Shown in pieces: positions 32,825-41,790 of a stretch of DNA of 64,000 nucleotides (position 1 is its first letter; the number at the start of each line of letters is the position of its first letter). The stretch spans positions 19,350-83,349 of the forward strand of contig JAEMSX010000007.1 in assembly GCA_016462645.1 (NCBI GenBank). Reading direction: 5' to 3'. The position numbers and the translations under genes were made by a program. The notes under the pieces are model-generated. The model ran no database searches. It was not told where the DNA came from and was given only the letters and a program-made list of their open reading frames with translations. Source of the DNA: Thermoleophilaceae bacterium. Lineage in GTDB: Bacteria; Actinomycetota; Thermoleophilia; Solirubrobacterales; JACPNS01.

Positions 32825-33440
32825 CGTTGGCCTGACGAACTGCTTGCACCTGCGGCTGCTCGCCCGGCGGCTCGGGTGGCTTGGTCGGGGCATTCGACAC
32901 CACGCGCGGCGGTGCCGGCGGGGCGGGCGGCACCGGAGCCTGCCCCGGCGTCGCGAACGCGAGCTCGACCGCATGGCGCTCCTCGGGCGAGAGCTCGATG
33001 TCCGAGGCGCCCTCGGTGAGGTTCTTGACGTAGAGGTGGGAGAAGTTGCGACTGACGATCGCCGTCAGCACCACTCCGGTCCTGTGCTCGTTGAGCAGCG
33101 CGACACTGCTCGACTGCTTGCCGGACTTCGCGCCGAAGGCGTCGTAGCGGACCATCGCCGTATGCGTGACGGCGCCGTCGAGCCCGGTCTCAAGGCGGGA
33201 CATGCGCTGGTCCAATGTGAACGAGGCGTCGTCGACCCAGTCGCGCAGCGCCACGAACTCGCGCTGGAGTTGCTCGGCGTGAGTGATCACATCGCGTTCG
33301 GTGCCGGCCAGCAGCACGCGCTGAGCGCGGCGCACGCGGCGCAGGGCAAGGGCATTCCAGACCAGCAGCACGAGGCAGACAACTGCCACCGCAGCTCCGG
33401 CGAGCGCCAACCACTCATACAAACCGTCAGGGGAGTGCAT
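32814..33440 (-). CDS. DUF4446 family protein
   Basis: N-terminal TM, VRYDAF, QSSSVALL, GVVLTAI, LSPEERHA, Pro-rich tail. Confidence 0.8.
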   Translation of the reverse strand: MHSPDGLYEWLALAGAAVAVVCLVLLVWNALALRRVRRAQRVLLAGTERDVITHAEQLQREFVALRDWVDDASFTLDQRMSRLETGLDGAVTHTAMVRYDAFGAKSGKQSSSVALLNEHRTGVVLTAIVSRNFSHLYVKNLTEGASDIELSPEERHAVELAFATPGQAPVPPAPPAPPRVVSNAPTKPPEPPGEQPQVQAVRQANVER

Positions 33441-33492
33441 CGACTTCAGACTACTGATGAGAAGCGCGGAGCCATCACGCCTTCATCGCAGC

Positions 33493-34563
33493 TCAGAACT
33501 TGACGTCGAAGGTCTGGCTGTTGTTGTCGAGGTTCTCTTCGCCCGGGACCTTTTTGACGTCAACCTTCAAGGTCGCGCTGGCCCCGGCTGCGGGGATCTT
33601 GGTCAGTGGCAGAGTGACCTTGGTCGTGTCGCCGGCGGCGATCGCGGGGATCGTCTTGTTCTGCTTGATCGCAGTGCCGGCTCCGGAGATCGTGTAGGAG
33701 ACGACCACGTCGGTCTCGTCGTTCTCGCCCTGGTTCTGGACGCTGACCTCGATCTGCTTGGCGCCGTTGAGGTCGTTGGTCGTGCCTTCGGCGAGTGCGG
33801 TGCCTGACGGCTGCACATTCACGCCGGTGATGCCGGTTCCGTGGGTGCCCGGGGTGACGGCCGCGGTCGAGCCGCCACCGCTCACGCGGCTGAAGACGTC
33901 GAGCACCTGGGCCGGGTCGAGCCACTCGAGACTGGGCAGGAACTTGCTGGCCGGCAGAGACACGCCTTCGATGTCCTTGTCCTTGACCGCGGCGTTCATA
34001 TAGGCGTAGGCGCGCTGCGAGTAGATCACGTCGCTGGCCAGGAACTGCTGCATGTTCGCGGCGATCTTCTCGGTCGCGGCCTCCGCGTCCTGGTCGCCCA
34101 GCGCCTGTCCGATCTCGCCGGAGATCTCGGTCAGCCCGTCGCGGCGGAACTCGAGTGTTTCGACGAGGTACTGCTTGGCGGCGGTCAGGTCCTCGCCGCT
34201 GGCCGAAAGATCGAGCGCCTGGCGAACGAGCTCTGAAGCCTGGGAGCGCTGGACGTTGACGGAGGTCTCGATGTCGGTCGCGCTGGCGTCGCCCGGGTCC
34301 TTCAGCGTCGAGAAGAAGTCGCTCGAGACCTGGTTGGACTGGGTGACGATCGAATTCGCCTGCTTGACGAAGTCCTTGACCGCGTTTTCCTGGCGGGCGC
34401 TCTGGCAGCCTTTGCCGAGCAGCACGACCACGATCAGAAACAGCACGATGAGGCCGCCGGCGATTGCGCGGCGTTGCATCACGGCCTGGTGTTCAGCGTC
34501 GCCGCCGCGGGGGTTTTCACCGCGGATCGGTCGCTCCTGTTGGTCGCCTGGATAAGAAGGCAT
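33493..34563 (-). CDS. Membrane-anchored protein with helical domain and C-terminal CARDB/Ig-like domain
   Basis: Single TM (RRAIAGGLIVLFLIVVVLLGKGC), LASDVIY, VQNQGENDE and VPGEENLDNN. Confidence 0.7.
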   Translation of the reverse strand: MPSYPGDQQERPIRGENPRGGDAEHQAVMQRRAIAGGLIVLFLIVVVLLGKGCQSARQENAVKDFVKQANSIVTQSNQVSSDFFSTLKDPGDASATDIETSVNVQRSQASELVRQALDLSASGEDLTAAKQYLVETLEFRRDGLTEISGEIGQALGDQDAEAATEKIAANMQQFLASDVIYSQRAYAYMNAAVKDKDIEGVSLPASKFLPSLEWLDPAQVLDVFSRVSGGGSTAAVTPGTHGTGITGVNVQPSGTALAEGTTNDLNGAKQIEVSVQNQGENDETDVVVSYTISGAGTAIKQNKTIPAIAAGDTTKVTLPLTKIPAAGASATLKVDVKKVPGEENLDNNSQTFDVKF

Positions 34564-34678
34564 AAAGGTTCCTCTCGGAAGGCGAGGATCGTAACGAAGT
34601 ATTCCCTGCGTACCGGGCGGATTCCTGTATGACAAGCGGCTTGCAGGCTTGCCTGCTTCGCCCGCGAAAAACCTAGCC

Positions 34679-36442
34679 ATGGGATTCCGTACCCACAGCC
34701 TGCGCGAGCGGACGACTCGCGCCCTGCGTTCCGGCTCCGGGCCGAGCTCGCGCGGAACACGTCTGCGCGACCGCTTTGAGCTGCTGGTGCCGCTTGGCAG
34801 CGGGGGTTTTGGCACGGTCTGGGAGGGCTTTGACATGCTGCTTGAGCGCCCGGTGGCGATCAAGGAGATCAGGATCGATGAAGAGCTTTCCGACTCCGGC
34901 GACGCCCTGCGCGAGGCGCGCGCGACCGCGCGGCTGAATCACCCGGCGATCGTTTCGCTCTACGAGATTCACGCCGAACCCGACCGCATCTACATGATCA
35001 ACGAGCTCGTGCACGGTCACACGCTCGGCGAGATGATCGATGAGGGCCTGATGTCCGACAACGACGCGGGGCGCATCTCCTATGCGCTCTGCGAGGCGCT
35101 CGCCCACGCGCACGGTCAGGGCGTCATCCACCGGGACGTCAAGCCCGCAAACGTGATGGTCACGTCCGCGTGGCTCGAGGGCTCGGGCGGCTGGCGCGTG
35201 CAGCCCGCGAAGCTCATGGACTTCGGCATCGCGAGCATCGTGGATCCCAGCGAGCATGGTGGCCGCGCGCACGCCGGTCCGCACGCCGGTTCGCGTGGAT
35301 ACGTCGCGCCCGAGCAGGAGGCCGGCGAGCCCGCCACCCCGGCGACCGACGTCTACTCGCTCGCTCTGGTGATGTTCGAATGCTTCACCGGCGCCGGGCC
35401 CGGCAAGGGTCGCCGCTCGCGGCTGGCGAAGGTGCGACGCGATCTGCCTTATGAGCTGACCTGCACGATCGACCGCTGCCTCGAGCCCGATCCGCATCTG
35501 CGGCCGGACGTGGTTGAACTCGGCCAGGCGATCTACGACGCTTTGCCCGAGCTGTCGCACAACCTCGCGGCGCCGACCGTTTCCTCGCGCTTTCGCGGTC
35601 TCTTCGGTCGCACTCCGCGTGAGCGCTCTGACAGTTACACCCACGATCGACCGGCCTTGCGCGTGCCCCGCGACGAGCAGGTCTGGCGCGAGCCCGGCTC
35701 CGGGCGGATCTGGCGCTTCGGCATCGCGGCGCTGGCCGCGCTGATGTGCGTGGTGACGATGCTCGCGGCCGGCGTCACGCTCTCCTTCATCCAGCCGTTG
35801 ATCGCGGCAGCGCTCGTGTTCGTGCTGCCGCGCGCAGGTTGGGCGCTCGCCGCCACGGCCGGAGCGACGGCCCTGGCGATCGACGGCCAGGTCGGATCGG
35901 CGATGTTCCTCGTTCTTCCGGCGGTCGTCGCGGCGTTCGCCGCGATGGTGCCGCTGCCGCGGCTGCTCGACGGCGCGCTCGCGGGCGCTGGAGCGTTCGC
36001 CTGGGTGGTCGCGGTGCAGGCGATGTCGGGGACTTCCCTGGCGCTCAGCATTCCGGAGGCGACGGGAAACCCCGAGGACCTGCGCCAGTACGCCGACATC
36101 GCGGCGCACGCGCTGGTGACCTACACCCACCCTGCGTACACAGCTTCGCTCGGACTCTGGTCGCTGTCGGGCGCGGTGGCCGTTCTGCTCGTCGATCGGC
36201 GCGCGCCGCTGACGGCCTGGGCGGTGCTGGGCCTCGTGTTTGCGGCCGCCCAGGTCGTGATCGGCCAGGCGATGCAGATGCCGGTACCGGCGATCTCGAT
36301 CGTTGTCGCGGTTCTTGCACTCGTGGTGCTGGTTTGCGCGGCCGTGATCAGCCGCCGTGCGGGTAGGGTTTTTGCACCTTCAGGCAGCCCCGGAGCACCC
36401 CATGAGCGGGCGCGCGGCAGACGAGCACCGGCAGGCATGTGA
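34679..36442 (+). CDS. Ser/Thr protein kinase with polytopic membrane C-terminus
   Basis: GSGGFG, VAIK, HRDVKPAN, DFG, YVAPE, DVYSL, then about 8 hydrophobic segments. Confidence 0.88.
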   Translation: MGFRTHSLRERTTRALRSGSGPSSRGTRLRDRFELLVPLGSGGFGTVWEGFDMLLERPVAIKEIRIDEELSDSGDALREARATARLNHPAIVSLYEIHAEPDRIYMINELVHGHTLGEMIDEGLMSDNDAGRISYALCEALAHAHGQGVIHRDVKPANVMVTSAWLEGSGGWRVQPAKLMDFGIASIVDPSEHGGRAHAGPHAGSRGYVAPEQEAGEPATPATDVYSLALVMFECFTGAGPGKGRRSRLAKVRRDLPYELTCTIDRCLEPDPHLRPDVVELGQAIYDALPELSHNLAAPTVSSRFRGLFGRTPRERSDSYTHDRPALRVPRDEQVWREPGSGRIWRFGIAALAALMCVVTMLAAGVTLSFIQPLIAAALVFVLPRAGWALAATAGATALAIDGQVGSAMFLVLPAVVAAFAAMVPLPRLLDGALAGAGAFAWVVAVQAMSGTSLALSIPEATGNPEDLRQYADIAAHALVTYTHPAYTASLGLWSLSGAVAVLLVDRRAPLTAWAVLGLVFAAAQVVIGQAMQMPVPAISIVVAVLALVVLVCAAVISRRAGRVFAPSGSPGAPHERARGRRAPAGM

Positions 36443-36446
36443 GAGC

Positions 36447-37217
36447 GTGAACTTCCTCAAGAATTTTGAATCGAAACTCGAACGACTGATCGAGGGCGGC
36501 TTCAAGTCAGCCTTCAAGTCAGAGGTGCAGCCGATCGAGCTGGCGCGCAAGCTTGCGCGCGAAATGGACGCCCACCGCGCGGCCTCGATTTCGCGCACCT
36601 ATGCGCCCAACGAATACACGGTCTTTCTCTCGCCGCAGGACCGCGAGCAGTTCGCGCACTACGAGGACGGGCTCCAGCGCGAGCTCTCGCTCTACCTGCT
36701 CGAGCACGCCAGGAAGCGCGGCTACTCCCTGATCAGCCGCCCGACGGTCGACTTCGACACCGATGATCGCCTCGAGCTCGGCCTTTTCGGGATCCAGGCG
36801 CGGCTCGCCGACGCACCCGAAGCCGAGGACGTGCAGCCGGTGGAGCCACAGGCGCCGTCAGGCCACACGCAGGTCTACAACGTGCGCGACCTCCAGGCAC
36901 CGCCAACCGATCTCGAGCAACCGGGCGCACGGGTCGCCGCCCGCGCGGTGATCGAAGCGGGCGATCGCCGATTTGCGCTCACCCCACCGTCCACGGTCGT
37001 CGGCCGCGGCCGCGACGCCGATGTGCGTCTCGACGATCCGAACATCTCGCGCACCCATGTGCAGTTCCGCGTCGAGGGCGGCGACTGGATCGTTGCCGAC
37101 ATGGGCTCGACCAACGGGACGCGCCTGAACGGTGGATCGCTCGTCGCGCCCACCCCGTTGCGCCCGGGCGACGTGATCGAACTCGGCAACACCGTCCTGA
37201 AGTTCGTGCTGGAGTAG
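36447..37217 (+). CDS. fhaA: FhaA-like protein (DUF3662 + FHA)
   Basis: VQPIELARKLAREMD, APNEYTV; FHA motifs GRGR, SRTH, DMGSTNGT. Confidence 0.9.
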   Translation: MNFLKNFESKLERLIEGGFKSAFKSEVQPIELARKLAREMDAHRAASISRTYAPNEYTVFLSPQDREQFAHYEDGLQRELSLYLLEHARKRGYSLISRPTVDFDTDDRLELGLFGIQARLADAPEAEDVQPVEPQAPSGHTQVYNVRDLQAPPTDLEQPGARVAARAVIEAGDRRFALTPPSTVVGRGRDADVRLDDPNISRTHVQFRVEGGDWIVADMGSTNGTRLNGGSLVAPTPLRPGDVIELGNTVLKFVLE

Positions 37218-37219
37218 GC

Positions 37220-37687
37220 ATGGACGATCCGATCGCCGTCGCGCTGAAGTTCGCGTTTCTCCTGTTGCTCTTCCTCTTCATCGTCTGGGTGGTGCGCAGC
37301 TCGTCGCGCGACCTCGTGGGCAGCGATCGCGCCGATTTCGATCCGCTGCTCGATCCCGGCGAGGGACAGGCTCCGATCGACCTCAAGCGTGGGGTCAAAC
37401 CGCGGCTGGTCGTGGTCGCGGCTCAGCGCTACGACACCGGGAGTTCGTTCGATCTGCTCGGCGGCCTGCTGCTCGGGCGCGACAAACCGGCCGAGGTGAT
37501 CGTCGAAGATGTCTTCGCTTCGGCGCGCCACGCGCGGATCACGCCCCGCGGCCCGTATAACTTCCTTGAAGACCTCGGCTCGACGAACGGCACCTACTTG
37601 AACGGCACGCGCGTCGAGGGCCCGCAGAGACTCACACCGGGCGACAAGATCACCATTGGCGACACCGAGTTCAGATATGAGGAGTAG
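37220..37687 (+). CDS. fhaB: FhaB/FipA-like TM + FHA protein
   Basis: N-terminal TM, LGR, SARHA, DLGSTNGT; synteny. Confidence 0.85.
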   Translation: MDDPIAVALKFAFLLLLFLFIVWVVRSSSRDLVGSDRADFDPLLDPGEGQAPIDLKRGVKPRLVVVAAQRYDTGSSFDLLGGLLLGRDKPAEVIVEDVFASARHARITPRGPYNFLEDLGSTNGTYLNGTRVEGPQRLTPGDKITIGDTEFRYEE

Positions 37688-37696
37688 CTGCACCTG

Positions 37697-38968
37697 ATGC
37701 TGCGCGTCACTGAATTCGCTGCCGCGAGCGACGTCGGCCGCGTGCGCAAGGCCAACGAGGACTCGTACTACGTGCGCTCGCCCCTGTTCGTGGTCGCCGA
37801 CGGAATGGGCGGCGCCCAGGCCGGTGAGGTCGCTTCGCAGATCGCCGTGGACTCGTTCAAGGATCCGCTCGATGAGAGCGTCGCTCCCGAGCCGCGGATG
37901 GCCAGCGTCGTTCGCCACGCGAACCTCGAGATCCACAAGAAGTCCGTCTCGAGCGACGAGTTCAAGGGCATGGGCACGACGCTCACGGCGCTGCTGCTCG
38001 GTGAGAACGAACTGACGATCGCGCACGTCGGCGACAGCCGCGCGTACCGGCTGCGCGAGGGCGACCTCGAGCGCCTCACCCGCGACCACTCGCTGGTCGG
38101 GGAAATGGTCCGCCGCGGCGCGATCACCGAGGCCGAGGCCGAGGTGCACCCGCAACGTTCGATCCTGACCCGTGCGCTCGGTCCTGAGGACGAGGTCGAG
38201 ATCGACACGCTCAGCCACAACGTGAAGGCCGGCGACGTGTATCTGATCTGCAGCGACGGCCTCACCGGAATGGTCGACGAGGCGACGATCGCGCAGGAGA
38301 TGGGCTCGGGCAAGCCGCTTCAGGAAGTGGCAGATTCGCTGATTCGCAAAGCCAACGAGAACGGCGGCGTCGACAACATCACGATCGTGACCTTCAGGAT
38401 TGACGGGACGGGCGAGCAGGCCCCCGCGCCGCCGACGACCGAAGCCGAGCCGGCAGGCGACGAGACGATCATCGCTCCGGCGGTTGTTGTTCCCGCGGCC
38501 GAAACCGCCGCGCCCACGCCGCCGCCGGCCGCCGTGCCCCAGACCGCCGCCGGCGCGAACGGAAACGGCCAGCCCGCACCGGCGACCTCTCCCTCACACG
38601 CTTTCGACTCGCGCCGGGCGCAGTCAAAGAAGTCACGCCGCTGGGTCGGCGGCGTGATCATTTCGGTCGTCCTGTTGATCGGTATTTTCGGCGCGGTCGT
38701 GGGTTCACTCAACGTGTACTTCATCGGAGGAAACGAGAAGGGCCTCGTGACCGTCTATCGCGGCCTGCCCTACGACCTGCCGCTGAGCGTCTCGCTCTAC
38801 ACACGCGACTTCGTCACGACCGTCCCGGTCAGCGAGCTGCCGGCGGACACGCGCGCGAAGATCCTCGATCACAAGCTGCGCACGCGTAGTGACGCACTCG
38901 ACCTCGCTCAGCAGATCGAGAAGGGTCAGATCAACCCGGACACGCTGGACGGCGCGACCGCGCCCTAG
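37697..38968 (+). CDS. pstP: PP2C-type Ser/Thr phosphatase PstP/Stp1
   Basis: GRVRKANED, VADGMGG, MGTT, HVGDSRAY, CSDGL, GGVDNIT, Pro-rich linker, TM. Confidence 0.93.
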   Translation: MLRVTEFAAASDVGRVRKANEDSYYVRSPLFVVADGMGGAQAGEVASQIAVDSFKDPLDESVAPEPRMASVVRHANLEIHKKSVSSDEFKGMGTTLTALLLGENELTIAHVGDSRAYRLREGDLERLTRDHSLVGEMVRRGAITEAEAEVHPQRSILTRALGPEDEVEIDTLSHNVKAGDVYLICSDGLTGMVDEATIAQEMGSGKPLQEVADSLIRKANENGGVDNITIVTFRIDGTGEQAPAPPTTEAEPAGDETIIAPAVVVPAAETAAPTPPPAAVPQTAAGANGNGQPAPATSPSHAFDSRRAQSKKSRRWVGGVIISVVLLIGIFGAVVGSLNVYFIGGNEKGLVTVYRGLPYDLPLSVSLYTRDFVTTVPVSELPADTRAKILDHKLRTRSDALDLAQQIEKGQINPDTLDGATAP

Positions 38969-38981
38969 CGCGAGGCGAGTC

Positions 38982-40295
38982 ATGCTCAGCGCGCGCAATC
39001 GCGAACTGCTGGGGCTCGTCCCGGTCGCCCTGGCGACGGCCGCCGGATTCGCCGGCGTCCTGATCGCTCGCGAGGCGCAGGTCAATGACCTGACCGTTAC
39101 CTACGGCGCGATGTTCCTGGTTCTCTGCCTGGTCGGCCACCTGTTCATCCGCTGGCGCCTGCCCGACGCCGACCCGTACATCTACCCGCTGACGGCCTCG
39201 CTCGCGGGCATCGGCATCGTCACGATCTACCGGATCGACCCCGAGCTCGCGCGCGAGCAGGCGCAGTGGTTCGTGATCGCGCTGATCGCGTTCATGGCGA
39301 CCGTGGTGCTGGTGCGGGACATCTCGATCCTCGAGCGCTACCGCTACTCGATTGCGATCGGCGCGTTCATCCTGCTGATGCTCCCGCGCCTGACCGGTGG
39401 CGTCGTGAACGGCGCATACCTGCAGATCAACATCGGACCGCTCTCCTTCCAGCCGACCGAGATCGCGAAGCTCGCGATCGTGATCTTCATCGCGGCCTAT
39501 CTCGCCGAGACGCGGGAAATCCTCGTGACCCAGGAGCGGCGGTTCCTCGGCATCAGTTTTCCGCCGCTGGGGTTCTTCGGCCCGATGATCGTGATCTGGG
39601 CGATGGCGATGATCATGCTCGTGTTCATCCGCGACCTCGGCAGCGCGGTGATGTTTTTCGGCGCGTTCCTGGCGCTGCTCTACGTCGCGACCGGGCGATT
39701 GAGCTACGTCGTGCTCGGGCTCGCGATGTTCATCTTCGGATTCGAGTTCTTCTCGCAGACCGTCGGGCACATTCAGGCGCGCGCTGACATCTGGCACCAT
39801 CCGCTCGATCCCGCGCTGTACCACGCCGAGGGCGGTTCCTACCAGATCGCCCAGGGGCTGTTCACGATGTCTGACGGGGGCGTGCTCGGCAGCGGCTTCG
39901 GGCAGTCGCTGATCCGCGTTGGCGGCGATCCGATCCTCCCTGCCGTGCAGACCGACTCGATCTACGCGCTGTTCACCGGCGAGGCCGGGCTGATCGGCGC
40001 CATCGGGCTGCTGCTCCTGTACCTCGTGTTCATCGAGCGCGGCCTGAAGACGGCGATGATCGCGCGCGATGCGTTCAGCAAACTGCTGGCAACCGGCCTC
40101 ACTTTCGTCTTCGCGCTGCAGGTCTTCGTGATCGTCGGTGGCGTCACGACAGTCATCCCGCTGACCGGCGTGACCCTGCCTTTCGTCTCCTACGGCGGCA
40201 GCTCGATCGTCGCGAACTTCATTCTGATCGCGCTGCTGATGGTGATCTCGGACAACGCGCGGCGCGAGGACGCCGAAATCGGCGGGGTGATCTAG
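38982..40295 (+). CDS. rodA: SEDS family peptidoglycan glycosyltransferase RodA
   Basis: FQPTEIAK, RDLG, YQIAQG, IPLTGVTLPFVSYGGSS. Confidence 0.92.
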   Translation: MLSARNRELLGLVPVALATAAGFAGVLIAREAQVNDLTVTYGAMFLVLCLVGHLFIRWRLPDADPYIYPLTASLAGIGIVTIYRIDPELAREQAQWFVIALIAFMATVVLVRDISILERYRYSIAIGAFILLMLPRLTGGVVNGAYLQINIGPLSFQPTEIAKLAIVIFIAAYLAETREILVTQERRFLGISFPPLGFFGPMIVIWAMAMIMLVFIRDLGSAVMFFGAFLALLYVATGRLSYVVLGLAMFIFGFEFFSQTVGHIQARADIWHHPLDPALYHAEGGSYQIAQGLFTMSDGGVLGSGFGQSLIRVGGDPILPAVQTDSIYALFTGEAGLIGAIGLLLLYLVFIERGLKTAMIARDAFSKLLATGLTFVFALQVFVIVGGVTTVIPLTGVTLPFVSYGGSSIVANFILIALLMVISDNARREDAEIGGVI

Positions 40296-40310
40296 GTGGG
40301 CTCGGAGAAG

Positions 40311-41735
40311 ATGAACAAGCCGATCCGCCGCGTCTTCTTCGTGGTGGTCTTCCTCTTTGCGCTGCTGGCGTTCTACACAACGCGCTGGACCGTCTTCGAG
40401 GCGCGCTCGCTGAACCAGAACGCGCTGAACAAGATCCCGGCGCAGAAGAACGCCAAGAAGCCGCGTGGCGCGATCCTGACCGCGAACGGTCGCGTGCTCG
40501 CGCGCAGCGTGAAGCGGTCAGACGGCGAGTACGTGCGGCGCTACCCGCAGGGCGAGCTCTTCAGCCACCCGGTCGGCTACTCGTTCGCCTTCTACGGCCA
40601 GAGCGGGCTCGAGAAGTACTACGACGACCGCCTCACCGGCCGGACCAAGAGCGTCGGATCGATCCTCGATCAGTTGCTCGGGCGCGGCGGCGATGAGCAG
40701 TCGATGATCACGAACCTCGATCGCGGCGCGCAGCAGCTCGCGCAGACTGAGATGGCCGGACGCAAGGGTGCGGTCGTGGTGATGGAACCGCGCACGGGCC
40801 GCATTCCGGTCTACCTCAGCATTCCCAGCTTCCCGCCCGCCGCGATGGGTACGAACGCCGGCGTGAAATCCCTCAACTCAGACAACCAGAATTCGCCGCT
40901 TGTCGACCGCGTCTCCGACGCGACCTATCCGCCGGGCTCGACCTTCAAGGTTGTGACCGCCACGGCCGCGCTTGACAGCGGAACGATGACCACAGAGAGC
41001 ACCGTGGACGGGAACTCGCCGCAGACCTTCGCGAGCAAGCCGCTGCAGAACGACTTCAATCAGCAGTTCGGTCCGACCAACCTCGAGACCGCCCTGACCT
41101 ACTCGGTCAACACGGCGTTCGGCAACATCGGCGTCGACCTCGGCCCGGATCGCCTGCTCGAGTACATGAAGCGCTACGGCTTCTACGAGCCGCCGCCAGT
41201 CGATCTTCCGCCCGGGCAGCTGCTCTCGAGCGGCCTGCGCCGCGGCGGCGATCTGCTGCCGGCCGATGCGAACTTCGACCTTGCGCGCACGGCCATCGGC
41301 CAGGAGCGTCTGGCCGTCACGCCGATCCAGATGGCAACGGTTGCGGCGACCGTCGCCAACAACGGCGTGCGCATGGAGCCGCGCATCGCGCGCGCCTTCC
41401 GCGACGACTACGGCCGCACCACGCTGAAGGTCTCGCCCGAGCGCGCGACCCGGGTGATGAAGCCCTCCACGGCGGAAGAGCTGAACAAGATGATGCGCAA
41501 GGTCGTCGAGGAGGGCACCGGCGGCGCCGCGAACATCGGCGACCTGCGGATGGCGGGAAAGACCGGCACGGCGGAAGTGCGCGGCGGCAATCAGGCCTGG
41601 TTCATCGGCTTTGCGCCATATGACAATCCGAAGTACGCCGTCGCCGTGACGATCGAGAAAACACAGCTTTTCGGCGGCCAGGTCGCAGCTCCGATAGCCG
41701 CCGACGTGTTGCAGTATTTGCTTCGAAATCAATGA
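40311..41735 (+). CDS. pbpA: Class B penicillin-binding protein PbpA
   Basis: RGAI, YPPGSTFK (SxxK), SVN, KTGTAE, AWFIG. Confidence 0.92.
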   Translation: MNKPIRRVFFVVVFLFALLAFYTTRWTVFEARSLNQNALNKIPAQKNAKKPRGAILTANGRVLARSVKRSDGEYVRRYPQGELFSHPVGYSFAFYGQSGLEKYYDDRLTGRTKSVGSILDQLLGRGGDEQSMITNLDRGAQQLAQTEMAGRKGAVVVMEPRTGRIPVYLSIPSFPPAAMGTNAGVKSLNSDNQNSPLVDRVSDATYPPGSTFKVVTATAALDSGTMTTESTVDGNSPQTFASKPLQNDFNQQFGPTNLETALTYSVNTAFGNIGVDLGPDRLLEYMKRYGFYEPPPVDLPPGQLLSSGLRRGGDLLPADANFDLARTAIGQERLAVTPIQMATVAATVANNGVRMEPRIARAFRDDYGRTTLKVSPERATRVMKPSTAEELNKMMRKVVEEGTGGAANIGDLRMAGKTGTAEVRGGNQAWFIGFAPYDNPKYAVAVTIEKTQLFGGQVAAPIAADVLQYLLRNQ

Positions 41736-41790
41736 TTGGGAAATGCGTGTGGCAGGGAGCTGAGGCTTTCCGGCCAATAAGGATCTGACT

